Shown in pieces: positions 37,201 through 49,087 of a stretch of DNA of 64,000 bases. Under the pieces are notes generated by a model. The model saw only the letters and a list, made by a program, of their open reading frames with translations, had not been told where the DNA came from and did not search any database. A program made the position numbers and the translations under genes. The stretch covers positions 17,794,001-17,858,000 of the forward strand of contig OZ024746.1 of the NCBI GenBank assembly GCA_964016885.1. The letters are read 5' to 3'. The first letter of the stretch is position 1, and each line of letters starts with the position of its first letter. Source of the DNA: Eledone cirrhosa (Eukaryota).

Positions 37201-40200
37201 CTTATAGGTGGGCTGTAGCTCTGATGTAAAACATCAAATATTTCACCACTAAGCTCTTCAGCTGGACGCATCATATAAGTATTGATATGATAATGCCTTC
37301 GTTTGTCAACCTCCACGTTAAAATCCAAACTGCTTGACTTACATGAACATTTTCGAGGAACCAAAATGAAAAGCATGTGGTCACCATCTTTGTTGTTATT
37401 GGCATATATAATATCTGAAAGAATAGCAAATAAATATTGTGATAATACAGCAGTATTTTAAGACAATTTTATCCTACGATAATTAAAGTTAGCCTTGTGA
37501 ACCCCATGAAATGTTTCATGCTAATGATAGGGTACTTTTTGAAACAATGTCTTAAATCTAGATCCCCTCCCTGGCACCAACCGTTTTAGTCACCTTGTAC
37601 AACACACAACGGTATGGTGTATCTATATTGTGAAATGATATAAACATAATAACCATAGGTATGCAAAGAAGATTTATTGTTGTTGTTAACATCACCACCA
37701 CTGTGTTTATTTGTTTATATATTTTTGTACAGTTTAGTCAGGGATGGAAAGGCCATGCCAGACTGGGATGTCTACATGTCCAAAATCTATAGAACATCTA
37801 AAAAACCTTAGGTAAATGGCAGCAGTATTGCAATATGGTTACAGTTCATGGGCTGAAACAAGTATAAGAATAAAATAATATAATATATAAATGTAAAGTT
37901 TATTGGCTGAATACAGGATGATGCTTACCTTGAGTAAAGTCAGCTAGGATGTATTCTTTCCAAGCTACTGTATTCAACTCTGACGTTTTATAAGATGTGA
38001 CCAGATGATCAACAGAATATTTAGGTACAGCAACTATCATTGCAAGCTGCTAATAGAGAAAATATAACAAATCTTTTGAACAAAAATATTACATTTATTT
38101 ACCATTACTGACACAGAAAAGAAAGAAATTTGGATGTATTATTATATGAGGAGAATGCATGGGAGTGTAAGGGTCTACTCCGAATAAACTCAACTGAGGG
38201 ACCAGACATCAATATGGTAGATAATGAATGACAGAGAAATGTTGAGTATAAGAAGAATTGAATGTAAAAATCAAGAGAAAAAATGGCACTAATATGGGTA
38301 TATGACGCTGAAGGAAAATGAGAGCACTTAAAGTGGATGGAAGATGTGGAAGAGGAAGACCAAGGAAGATATGAAATGTGATAACCTGCTCAACCCATGC
38401 CAGCATGGAAAATAGATGGTTTTACCAGTTACTAGACCATCATCACAAAGAAAGTATTGCTTTATCTGAGGATATAGTAGCGTGCAGGAGAGGAGACTGC
38501 ATTGTTATGGACATGTGATGCACATGGATGATGAGTGTTGGGTGCGTGGAAGGAAGCTGCAGTAGAAGACCAAAGAAAACCTGGGTGGAAGTGGTGAGAG
38601 CTGATCTCTGATTGCTAAAAGAACGCAACAAGTGAAGAGATGCTGTACTGAGAAGGACCCATCCAACCTATGCAAACGTGGAACAGGGGATGTAAAATGA
38701 TGATGAGGATAGTGGAAGACATTTGCCGAAAGTGTTGAGCAGTGAGACAGAACCTGATACTAAGTGGTTGGTTGTGAGTGAACTTCTTCACCACACAACC
38801 ATGTCTGTGTCTAAATAATGATGATGATAAAAATGTATAAAATATTTACTTACTTCATCACAATTTGATAAATATTCCAGAAGTTGGTGTGACTTTTCAT
38901 TTTGGTTAAGCAATACACTAGCTGTGGGTTATGGAAATAAACTGTTTATTTAAATGATCTCTTAACATTTATGTCTAGATTGGGATACTATTTCTACCAA
39001 CTAGAGATAAGGTACTATCAGAAATTAGTATTTACTAACTAGAGTCTAGGGCTAGGTGGTCGATATCAATCCTCCCCAAAAGAGGGGGGGAGTCAGCTGA
39101 ACTTTAGGGCCTAAACCTTTCATTTGTATAAGAAATAAAAATACATAAAATAATTGTTTCTGATTTAGACACAAGACCAGCGATTTGAGGGGTGGGTAAA
39201 GGTCAATTATATTGACCTCAGTACTTGAGTGGTACTGTATTTTACCAACCTTGGAAGGATGAAAGGTAAAGTTGACCTCGGCAGGATTTGAACTCAGACT
39301 GTAAAGGGGTGTAACTAAATGCTACAAAGCATTTTGCCTGATACTCTAACAATTCTACCAATCCACTGGACTGAAAATACATAAAATAGGGGTTTCTGAT
39401 TTAGGCACAAGGTAAAAAATTTTGGGCGTGGGGAAAGTCAATTGAATTGACCACAGTCTGTTACTGGCTCTTTATTTTATTAACCCTGTAAGAAAGGCAA
39501 AACTAACCTCGGTAGGGTTTGAATTCAGAACGTAAAGGGACGAAACTATATGCCACAAAGCATGTTGTCCAACACTCTACCGATTCTGCCAATCCAACTT
39601 AATACAGGTTTGTGATTTGCCTATAATTAGTTTTTATTGTTTATTTATTTTATATTTTGTTTACTGATTCATTTATTTACTTATTTATTTTTTGTATATA
39701 TTAGGGGCCAAGATGTATATAAAGGGTTTATGGTCTAAAAAGTTTGAGGGTCCGTTATAGAGTGCAGTAACTAAATAGTAGAAACCTCATTTGCAGATTT
39801 ACCCTCTGTGTAGCATGGACCTCATTTATATAAGAATGTAACTACGTCTTCTGAACTATTAGTAAAATATCTGAAAGTAGACACATCTGTTGTTGCAACT
39901 AAAAGGACGAGAAAGTGGACATTTGTGAAATACAACTAAATCAACAATTAGTAGACATATCAACAGTGAAACTTAAGGACTGCTCAGCAAAAAAAAGGAA
40001 GCAATGAAAATATCACCTAAGTGGTAAAACAAAGAAATTTTACAAGTTGTAGTGCACCTAAAAACTGTACACAAAAATTTCATTATTATTATAATTATAA
40101 TCTGAAGGTAAAGGATACAGTTTAAATATTTCAGGACAAATGGTGAAATGAGGAATAGTATGAAGATCAACTATGTCAAGGATTTTCATGTGTTGACCAA

Positions 40201-43200
40201 GTCGTAGAAGAGGGTTCTGTTAAAACAGAAATAATAATTTAATTCCAATCCAATCATAGCTTTTTTTTTTAAATGAAGGACACATACAGTGTAGTGTTGA
40301 ATATAGTTGGAACACATTTAAACATATTTACTTGATCAAGGCTGACCTGAGGCTAAACAACAATGACAACCCTATTAATATGCTTATTAATATTAAAATA
40401 TATTTACATTGGAGGAGGAAGTATTATCAACAGTTTCTGTCTTTGAACTTCCATCTTCATCTCTGTTGAACATAACTTGGATTGGAAAAGACTTCTGAGA
40501 AGTTTTCAGGGCAAAACCAGAAAAACAGTTATCAGTAGAGTTCTGGAAATTGTAAGAAAAATAGAAATATTTTGTAAATATTTGTAGTGCTTAAAGTAGT
40601 TTTATTTCTGTATCTTTAATATAAAAGACAGCTAAAGAGATACACCATCAAGAAATGATACTGTAGTGTTTCGGGATTACTGAAACCCCAATAATATATG
40701 TAAGAATAAAAATGAATAAAAATTATAAAATGAACTTTACATGGTGAACTGAGTGCATTTTATCATGGCACTAGCACTACCACCTCACAGGGTGGACTGG
40801 GTGATTTTTTCTCATGACACCAGCACTACGACTTTATAGCGTGGACTAGGTGCTTTATACTATGGCACCAGCACAACCACCTTACAGGATAGACTGGGTA
40901 TTTTTTATCATGAAACCAGCATTATTACCACCTTACAGGGAGGACTGGGTGCTTTTTATCACCACAAAATAGTAGAATCTGGTACTAGCTACTACAGAGT
41001 AGCTAGTACCAAATTCTACATTTAATGTCTGCTTTCCCTGTTAACAAGAGTTGGACGGGGTCTACGTAGACCAAGACAGTACTGAAGCAAGGCTACTAAT
41101 CTCTCAGATAGGCTGAGGGGTCTGCATCTCACTTATATATGGTTTCGTTCTGTACCTGTAATGGAGGACAACTCTGGGATAGTTTTGTGGTCTTCAAGGA
41201 TCATCAAGACATGCATGTCTAAACAGATCCCTACTCCCACCCAACAAAAGAATGAGAGCTGTGTAAGTAACCCACCTGTTTGTCAACTAAAATAATATTT
41301 CCTTTCCAAACAAGATTCTGTGGGATTGTCACTTGATCCAAAGATGGTAGACAGCATGCAGCCCAAACCTCCAGTAGTACATCAATATTGTTATTAGTAT
41401 CTTTTCCAGTATTTGGTATGTATATAATAAAGATGCTGGCACACAGCCATAGCTGATATCGCTTCAGAACACCATGTAGAATAGGAAGAAGGCTTTGTGG
41501 AGAAAATACATTATTTGATACAATCAATACATAATTTATCTTCATCAAACATTAAATACATAGTAATATTTTCATCAAACATTAAATACACAGTAATATC
41601 ATCAAACATTAAATACACAGTAATATCTTCATCAAACATTATAACACACAACTACAAAGTGAAGCAAATGGAGGCAGACACAACACAGAAGAGTTCAATG
41701 ATATACTAAGAAGTATTAGAAGCCATATACTTACTCTTCATCAAGGTCAGTCACCTCTGAAAAGTCAACAATAATGTCTACAATACTTCCTACAATATAA
41801 ATAAAAATATAAATCATATTATTTCATGAACAGATGTATGTTAAAAGTTACTTTTGTCATATAGGTCAATATATCACTGCAGCTGTATACACACTAAATA
41901 TTCTGAATACATTGTAAGTGTTGTGGGTTTATATGCACTGAATGTATTTCAATAACTTTTGTATGTATCTATGGTCCCGTAATTCATGCAGGAGTCATAG
42001 GGGCATCGTAGAGACATACAGCGTTTCTAGGGCATTTTTTTAACCCTGGCAGAGCCCATCCCTTCTCCTAAATACAGCAGCTTTCTTCCAGAGAAGGATA
42101 GAGTGAGAGAAAGGAAGTGAAAAAGAGATATAGAGGAAGAATTGACCCCAGTACTAGACTGGTTCTTTTTTATTGAAATGAGTATGGAATGCATTGCATG
42201 TACATTGTGAATGTATGTACATCTGTTGTAAATGTGTATGTGTTTTATACAAAGCTACATGTATGTTCTTCATAAGTATGTATATTTCAAACATATGGGT
42301 CATATGCATATATCTAATTTATATACATAAGTGCACATGTTAAAAGTGTCTGTATATATAAGGTAACAAGCAGTAGAGACTTCTGGTATTCTTGTCACAC
42401 CACCGAACCACCTCCCTCCTTAATCACTGCTATCGGAGCGGAGTTGGTTACCCACAAGTGTGAGCCCTGCAAGGTGGAGTGGCTGTTCCAATGCATCTCC
42501 CTCACCAGCCTCAGGGCAATATCTTCTCCACCCTTGTCCTCTACTGGGACCATGAAGCAAACAGACCTTTAAGTTTCTTAACTGAGCCTTTGGTAGCTTT
42601 AAGAGGCCTTGTGAAACATTTCTTAGGTTTCATAAGTTGGCATAATGGATTAACAACAACATATGGTGAAGGTGCATGGCTTAGTGGTTAGAGCATTGGG
42701 CTTGCAATCGAAAGGTTGTGAGTTCAATTCTAGGACCGGGTGATGGGTTGTTTCCTTGAGTAAGACACTTTATTTCACATTGCTCCAGTTTACTCAGCTG
42801 TAGAAATGAGATGATAGGACTGGGGTCCCTATCATTCCACTGCATAGTGGTCATGGAGGTGCCACGGCAAAAAAGCACCCAGCCCACACTGTAAAAGTGG
42901 ATGTGTAGGCGCCACGGAAAAAAAAGCACCCAGCACTCACTGTAAATGAGGTTGGTGTTAGAAAGGGCATCCAGCTGTAGAAATCAAACCAGAATCAGTT
43001 CCCGTATGAGCAAGACAAGGTCAGCCGACCGGACACTGCCCACAACAGGACAACCCATGCTAGCGTGGAAGAACGGACGTAAAACAGTGATGATGATGAT
43101 GATAATCCTAGAACAAAAAGAAATCATTTCCTCACCTGCTAAAGGTAAATTATCAGCAATTCTGTGCAGCAAATCACAAAGATTTTCTCTGTCCTTGTTG

Positions 43201-46200
43201 AATTCTTCATCTCTGTTGAACAAAAGTTGAGAATTATTTTTGTTTTTACCCTTGTAAATATTTCATAAGGTTGAATTCTGATGAAAAGAATAGACAATTC
43301 CATCAATTCCAATATATTATCAATAACAGGGTTACATGGCAGAGGTAAGTGAAGGATACAGTGATGATGAGAACGGTTCCTAAGGGGTTATGACAGGTGT
43401 GATTTAACAGGTTTGGGTATGAACGGGTCAGGTCACATCTGCATAGAGGATACTCTAGCAAAAATGAGTAGGGTGAGGATGGAGGTTATTAAGCATCTTG
43501 CTTTATACCAGAGAGCAAAGCAAGTCTTTTGTTATGGCAAATTTTATTTTTATATTATTTTTAAAAAGAATATCATCAATCTTAAAAAGTCTGGAAAGTT
43601 CTAGATTAAGGTACCCACAGATGGTGCCATACTTTGAAGCACATTGCCTGATTCAATGAAAGTAGTTGTCATCATCAGCACTGTTTAACATCCATTTTTC
43701 CATGCTAGCATGGGTTAGACAAGTCAGATCAGATGACTGTGTCTTTCTCATACAGAACTGTTTCTGGCTTGGTTTCCTACAGCTGGATACCCTTCCTAAC
43801 CCAATCACATTTACAGTGTGGACTGGCTGCTTTTTATTGTGACAAAACACAACCACTTTACAGGTTGGACTGGGTGTTTTTGTCATGTCCCCAACACTAC
43901 CACCTTACAGTGTGGACTGGCTGCTTTTTATTGTGACAAAACACAACCACTTTACAGGTTGGACTGGGTGTTTTTGTCATGCCCCCAATACTACCACCTT
44001 ACAGCGTGGACTGGCTGCTTTTTATTGTGACAAAACACAACCACTTTACAGGTTGGACTGGGTAATAATACAATGAAAAATATCCTTTTGAGAATTTACC
44101 GTTGAAGAGAAGATGTGTCTGGTGGATATAAGACATCTGGTGTGGTGGTATTAGTTACAGGTATCCATACATTATTATGGTTCACTGGCAGACACTGCAA
44201 TACAGAGATTAATAGACAGAATAATTAAATAGATTGATGCATATATTGAGTAATCACAAATTAGAGAAATGTGACAAATTGGTAGGGTCATTAGAGTTGT
44301 AATACTACTGATGTCACATTGGTAGGGGGTCATTAGAGTTGTAATACTACTGATGTCACATTGGTAGGGTCGTTAGGGTTGAAATACTACTGATGTCACA
44401 TTGATAGGGTCGTTAGGGTTGTAATACCACTGATGTCACAGAATCCCTCCTCCAGAAATGGAGGGGAAGCCTTGAGCAAAGAGTGACAGTGTTACATGTG
44501 TGACAAGTGCCATTGTTACAGGTGTGACAAGTGACAATGATTTTTATCAGAATTGAAAATTGAAAGTGGTTTTGGTCAATTGTTTGTCGTGTGATTTCTT
44601 CAAGTGTAAAGTTCAACAATTTTATAAACAGCACAAATAAATGAATAGATATAACATCTAGCTTACAACATACATAATATCATCATCACCATCATAATCA
44701 TTATTTTTTATGTCCATTTTTCTAGCATGGGTTTAATGAGAATTGTTGATGGGTACTTAACTAGTAATGTAGTACTTCAGGTTTTAGACTAGTGTTTATA
44801 CATTCTGACAGTATTTTCTATTCTTATTAAATAATTTGATATCATGGCATTGTTGTTTACTGTCTGTTTGGGACATTTTCAAACATAGTTGAATGATTGA
44901 TATCTGTCTACCTATGTTGTGTCTACTGCATGTCCAACTCTGTAAAAATAACAATAGCGCTGAGGGGGGGACAGCTATAAGAAAACCATTTCACATACTT
45001 AATACTCATATAGTACCTTCTCACAGTAGGTAATATTGTGAGATGAAAAACTTCAATTAACAGTGATTATCCTTTCAATTAGAAAACAACTAAAATCTGT
45101 CATGAGCCCAGCGGCTCATTAGGCCAATGCTTATCCCGGCTTCTGTGATGTGAAGTGGATAAGAGTATAAGACTCGCCTCTGGATCGGATGCCAGTCCAT
45201 CAGAGGGTTAAACCCCCAGCTATTGTTGGTACTCATTTTCAACTGAGTATACTGAAGCAACATGAAATAAAGTCTTTTTCTCAGGAACACAACACACAAC
45301 CCAGTCCAGGAATCAAACCCATGAAATTATGATCGTAAGTCCAACACCCTTATCATTAGGCCATGCACCTCCACATTTAAAAAAGTGGGTGTTCAAAATC
45401 TAAAAAAAATGAGCAAGGGAGATAACTGCAAAAATATCAGATAATCCAAAATTTTGGAAAATAATGACAATCCATTTAGAAGTGTGTGTATGCATGTGTG
45501 TTGCTTCTTAGAACAACTTACCTGAAGATTTTTCCAGTCTGTATAAATGGGGCAGATCATAGTGCTGGGAGGAAATCTTCCAAGGAGACCCTGAAGCTGA
45601 CATCTTGTATTATCTGAATCACCTAAAAGTAAATTTTAATCATTATATTTTTTTAAAAAGCTGATTACTGCATAAGATTGGCAGTAATCAGTAGAGCGTC
45701 GGACAACATGTTTTGTGGTATAGAGTTACAGCCTTTTATGTTCTGATTTAAAATTCCACCAAGGTTAGCTTTGCCTTTCATCCTTACAGGGTTGACAAAA
45801 AAAAACACCAGTAATGCATTGGAGTCGATTTAATCAACTATCCCCTACCCCCAAAATGGTTGGCCTTGTGCCTAAATCAGAAACCCTTATATTTAAAAAA
45901 AAAACTGACTTCAATGCAATAAATATGACCACCGCCAGCAACATGTTTTTGAGGCCCATTTTCCCTTGCAGCTGGTGGTAGTGGTCGAGGTAGATACAGA
46001 ACTTATTTCCTTCTTAATGTCTATAGATAGTGTTGCCTGAAGAGACTGGGTTGTAGTAGTGGTGGTTATAGTGGTGATGGTAGTAGTGGTGGTTACAGTG
46101 GTGATGGTAGTAGTTGTGGTGTCAGTAAAGTCTGGGTTGCCATGTAGCCATAGGAAGTTTTATTTTAAAGGACGTTTCTATTTCTTTATTCCTGGAAACT

Positions 46201-46825
46201 GGGCTGACATGGCATCACATATCTACAATATATATTGTGTGTATGTGTGTGTCTATATTGTATGTGTGCATAAGATTAAGGGCTAAAGGTTGTATTTATG
46301 ATTTCCTGGTAGTTAATCTGTAGATATAAAAGATATTATCACACATTATAGCGGCGGCGGTGGTGATCATTGCCGTCATAGTGGTGGTGGTGGTGGTACG
46401 ATAAACAAGGATAGTGGAGATTTACTTATAGACAGGCAACAAATAACAGAATTCCCCAAAGGTGGGGAACACAACCCAGGGTAATTTAGGAACCCCACGG
46501 ATTCGAAATCACCTTGATCTCCAAAAAATAAACATAGGAAAGAACCCTTTTCCTCTCTGAAATCTCCAGTCCTCACAAAAAAAAATCATCGCTATTCTCT
46601 CGTAATTCGAAATATAATTAGTTAAGGGAAATAACTAAAATGTGGCAATGGTATGGATTTGGATAATTAAAGAGTGAATAATGAAATTAAATTACCAAAT
46701 GCCGTTCCAAAAATAATTCCTTTAAATTTCCCTGAGAGTTGGAGAAATAAAGGGAGAAAACCTGAGGAAAGTGAAAATGAATTTAAGAGACGTTTCCGTC
46801 TATTAGATTCCACCAACCATTTCAT
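28165..46825 (-). CDS. MTBP: MTBP (Mdm2-binding protein, Treslin partner, Sld7-related replication-initiation factor); 20 exons, ~872 aa
   Basis: Exons join in frame (2619 nt). Collinear matches to recalled human MTBP: LHRIADNLPLAGSIVDII~LHQLSDKLPAPGRAMVDII; VWKGNI~LWRGKI; AWKEYI~KWKEYI; QWPEK~EWPER; SRSERHKQKL..FPSCFQRLFKVTKLYVMDL~SRSQKHTRIL..FTACSQRLFEISKFYLKDL. First exon uncertain. Confidence 0.9.
28960..29025 (-). CDS. MTBP: MTBP exon 19
   Basis: ttttag|DLPDSRKLGQEMRRLAENQVKH|gtgagt. Confidence 0.88.
29313..30055. repeat. 22/20-bp minisatellite in an MTBP intron
   Basis: tctggtgtacatgtagttgtca units interleaved with tctggtgtatgtggttgtca. Confidence 0.95.
30750..30863 (-). CDS. MTBP: MTBP exon 18
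   Basis: ggcag|KLESIVKFVLKREGLSENDEIFPSCFQRLFKVTKLYVM|gtaagt. Confidence 0.9.
31337..31598 (-). CDS. MTBP: MTBP exon 17
   Basis: acacag|..KKKKVSRSERHKQ|gtatgt. Confidence 0.85.
31708..31904. mobile_element. Tigger/pogo-like MITE
   Basis: TIRs taccatatata..aatataa / cttatattcgagtatatatggta; related copies 33258-33565 and 60063-60458. Confidence 0.6.
32275..32457 (-). CDS. MTBP: MTBP exon 16
   Basis: ttccag|YNKDN..LNKLRDKFITIDTSTTCS|gtaagt. Confidence 0.85.
33115..33215 (-). CDS. MTBP: MTBP exon 15
   Basis: ttgcag|HNLRSY..WPQCREARFPGI|gtaaat. Confidence 0.8.
33258..33565. mobile_element. Tigger/pogo-like MITE
   Basis: taccatatatactcgaatataag ... ttatattcgagtatatagggta. Confidence 0.65.
34389..34480 (-). 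CDS. MTBP: MTBP exon 14
   Basis: ttttag|EIEEILSHFQEDGMA..LTPL|gtatga. Confidence 0.85.
35123..35257 (-). CDS. MTBP: MTBP exon 13
   Basis: AQWPEKCYIQQLESMKK|gtaagt. Confidence 0.85.
35612..35776 (-). CDS. MTBP: MTBP exon 12
   Basis: ttttag|..SAELFQFLSNVQKRFLENL..|gtaagc. Confidence 0.8.
35833..36083. mobile_element. hAT-like MITE
   Basis: cagtggttcc..ggggaccactg ends with imperfect 8-bp flanks atctaaat/atctagac; similar element at 58714-59074. Confidence 0.55.
37085..37414 (-). CDS. MTBP: MTBP exon 11
   Basis: tttcag|..HMLFILVPR..ALPLFNGKML..KLQVSGIKNHLK|gtaatt. Confidence 0.85.
37929..38049 (-). CDS. MTBP: MTBP exon 10 (NAGNAG acceptor, 38049 or 38046)
   Basis: (Q)LAMIVAVPKY..ELNTVAWKEYILADFTQ|gtaagc. 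Confidence 0.85.
38854..38917 (-). CDS. MTBP: MTBP exon 9
   Basis: gctag|VLLNQNEKSHQLLEYLSNCDE|gtaagt. Confidence 0.8.
38918..40118 (-). other. U12-type (minor spliceosome) GT-AG intron
   Basis: 5' splice site GTATCCTTT; branch-point-like TTTCCATAAC ending 10 nt before the 3' splice junction; no polypyrimidine tract; flanking exons join in frame. Confidence 0.8.
40119..40216 (-). CDS. MTBP: MTBP exon 8 (followed by the U12 intron)
   Basis: taacag|NPLLRLGQHMKILDIVDLHTIP..EIFKL|GTATCCTT. Confidence 0.85.
40408..40542 (-). CDS. MTBP: MTBP exon 7
   Basis: ttccag|NSTDNCFSGFALK..SSSN|gtaaat. Confidence 0.8.
41276..41492 (-). CDS. MTBP: MTBP exon 6
   Basis: LLPILHGVLKRYQLW..LVWKGNIILVDKQ|gtgggt. 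Confidence 0.85.
41735..41789 (-). CDS. MTBP: MTBP exon 5
   Basis: ttgtag|SIVDIIVDFSEVTDLDE|gtaagt. Confidence 0.85.
42665..43103 (+). mobile_element. tRNA-derived CORE-like SINE with RTE tail (same family as 19024)
   Basis: Near-identical head and core to 19024-19290; (GAT)n tail. Confidence 0.85.
43136..43212 (-). CDS. MTBP: MTBP exon 4
   Basis: caacag|DEEFNKDRENLCDLLHRIADNLPLA|gtgagg. Confidence 0.85.
44100..44194 (-). CDS. MTBP: MTBP exon 3
   Basis: ttgcag|CLPVNHNNVWIPV..SSLQR|gtaaat. Confidence 0.7.
45522..45622 (-). CDS. MTBP: MTBP exon 2
   Basis: ttttag|..STMICPIYTDWKNLQ|gtaagt (cf. human FCSSDWQEI). Confidence 0.75.
46696..46825 (-). CDS. MTBP: MTBP putative exon 1 (uncertain; may be partly 5' UTR)
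   Basis: ATG..TTTG|gtaatt; phase 1 fits the next exon; no recognisable homology. Confidence 0.4.
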
Positions 46826-47876
46826 CTAGGCCTGCAAATAGGTGAATGACTATCTTCTCCACAAGCAAAACATTATCATAAGAAATAAATTCTTAATTTC
46901 TTGAAACTATCTTTGTTGCTAATAATTGCCATTATGTATTTTAATTTAAGGGCGGTGGATTGGCAGTATCAGTAGAGGGTCGGACGCCCTGCATTCCAGC
47001 ATAGTTACGTCCCTTTACGATCTGAGTTCAAATCCCGCCGAGATTGACTTTGCTTTTCATCCTTACGGGGTCGATAAAATAAAGTACCAGTAATGCACTG
47101 GGTAATTGCTGGCCTTGTGCCTAAAGTAGAGACAATTATTCCTGGGAGGATCGTGGCGGCAGAGTCCTCGGACACGCCTTCCGGAGGGTCCTGTCAGAAG
47201 CAATCGTCTCCAATTGATCCGGCTGGATTCTCAAGCGTGACTAACCAAGCTCATGGATGTTATCTAAACATCTTACTCAGGGTCTTCCTCTGGGTCTCCT
47301 ACTGATTGGTTTTGCCTGTAAAAATCTGTCAATTCTTTCCTGAGACATTCTAACCACATATCTATTGTGTCGGAGCTGTGATCTCTCAGTTCGGAGAAAT
47401 AGCAGCTCTACCTAAAGCGACTCTGATCTCTGAGCTACCCACCCTATCGAATATCGTTCCTCTAAAGGCCCTTCGCAAGAACCCCATTTCATGGTCGTAT
47501 TGTTCAATTAACTGAGAAATTCCTACGATACCGTTTTATCTTATCTTTCTTTAAAATTCATTTATTGTTTAAGTAACAAACCAATCAGAACATTTAAAGA
47601 CATTCTGTTTATATTAAGTCCTTAACTGTGGAATTTCCGGTTGAGTTAATGAAATGATATTGTTTATAAATAAACATTTCCGTTCGTGTATTTCAGTAAT
47701 GTAGGAATGGTTAGTAATCGTGACAAAAATAATAATTATATTATTTTTAATCGTAGTGAGTAGTTAGTACAAACAGCAGATCAACAAACCTAAATGAGGT
47801 CAAAAGGTGATTTATTTGTTTATTTATAAGTTATCTTCTACGGAATCACTTCACATTATTTGACCAAAGTAAACCA

Positions 47877-48066
47877 GGGCGGTGGATTGGCAGTATCGGT
47901 AGAAGGTCGGACGCCATGCTTTCCAGCATAGTTACGTCCCTTTACGATCTGAGTTCAAATCCCGCCGAGGTTTACTTTGCCTTTCATCCTTACGGGGTCG
48001 ATAAAATAAAGTACCAGTAATGTACTGGGATAATTGCTGGCCTTGTGCCAAAAGTAGAAACAATTA
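47877..48066 (+). mobile_element. Second tRNA-like SINE family (~190 bp), many copies
   Basis: ggcggtggattggcag..gagttcaaatcccgccgagg..gcctttcatcct..ggggtcgataaaataaagtaccag..ccttgtgccaaaagtagaaac; copies at 46950-47139(+), 45675-45885(+), 49886-50070(-), 51895-52011(+), 53953-54131(-), 57149-57330(-), 59590-59697(+), 39160-39600 (two, -). Confidence 0.85.
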
Positions 48067-48442
48067 TTTGACCGAATGATTTTCATTGAATAATGGGTTA
48101 AAGGCGAAGCAGATCCATTCGAGGGGCATGAAAATTATTAATAAATAAAAACGTAAAATATAAGTTTGGTTTCATTTTTTTTTTTTTTTTTTTTTTTTCC
48201 TCCTGGTTAGACCAAACTATAAAGAAAAGGTGAATGTAGCGGACTAAATTTCCTTATTTTGACACCGATAATGTCATCATAACATGAATGTTAAAATAAT
48301 AATTGCCGAATGGAAAACATGCAATATGTGTATTAAGCGAAAAAGGCTCCAACACTGAATGAAATAGTAACATAATTTGATAAAAACTAGGTGATCGAGA
48401 AGAGATAATGTCCGCGATGAGAAGTCGTCAAACTTAAGTCAT

Positions 48443-48673
48443 CGTTCTCTAGTCTGGTAATATTAGTGATATACAAGCAGTGTCTAACAACTTCCACTCA
48501 CCGTTCTCTAGTCTGGTAATATTAGTGATATACAAGCAGTGTCTAACAACTTCCACTCACTGATCTCTATTCTGATAATATTAGTGATATACAAGCAGTG
48601 TCTAACAACTTCCACTCACCGTTCTCTAGTCTGGTAATATTAGTGATATACAAGCAGTGTCTAACAACTTCCA
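48443..48673. repeat. 59-bp tandem repeat, 4 copies
   Basis: cgttctctagtctggtaatattagtgatatacaagcagtgtctaacaacttccactcac at 48443, 48502, 48561 and 48620. Confidence 0.92.
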
Positions 48674-49087
48674 TAATAGTCACCACGTTCAATTTAAAAA
48701 GTGCTTCGTTAACATGACATCCAAAATTGGCGCCAACAGCCTCGTTTTGGCATAGCAACAGACATTTCATAAATAAAAACATTTCTGTCTTTTTTTTAAC
48801 TTTGAACCAGATCGTTGTTGTTTTTATTTATTTATTTATTTTTAATTATGTCAACAAAGCAACGGTCTTGTTTATATAAACTCGCTGATAAAATGGAAGA
48901 TACACAAACACATAGATATATTTATATATACCCTTGAAATATATATATATATAAATGAAAAGTATATATATATATTTCTTTGGGAGAACTGCTGTATTCT
49001 AATCTACCAGTCTCTTCTTAGCGCTGAGGGAGACCATCACCATTCTGTTAATGTCGATATAATTCTTATATCGTTATTGATTGGACA

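Noticed and set aside
39800-39960. Possible extra MTBP exon inside the U12 intron
   Set aside because: The candidate acceptors tested give in-frame stops; skipping the region keeps frame and homology
40453-40472. 19-nt identity with 43204-43222 (tcttcatctctgttgaaca)
   Set aside because: Too short and does not extend convincingly; treated as chance
43213-43278. Longer MTBP exon 4 or a 37-nt mini-intron
   Set aside because: The upstream acceptor leads to a stop; the acceptor at 43212 alone gives a clean frame
45522-45603. Alternative start MSASGSPWKISSQHYDLPHL in another frame of MTBP exon 2
   Set aside because: Needs a weaker alternative acceptor in exon 3 and loses the TDWKNL~SDWQEI similarity; not excluded without RNA data
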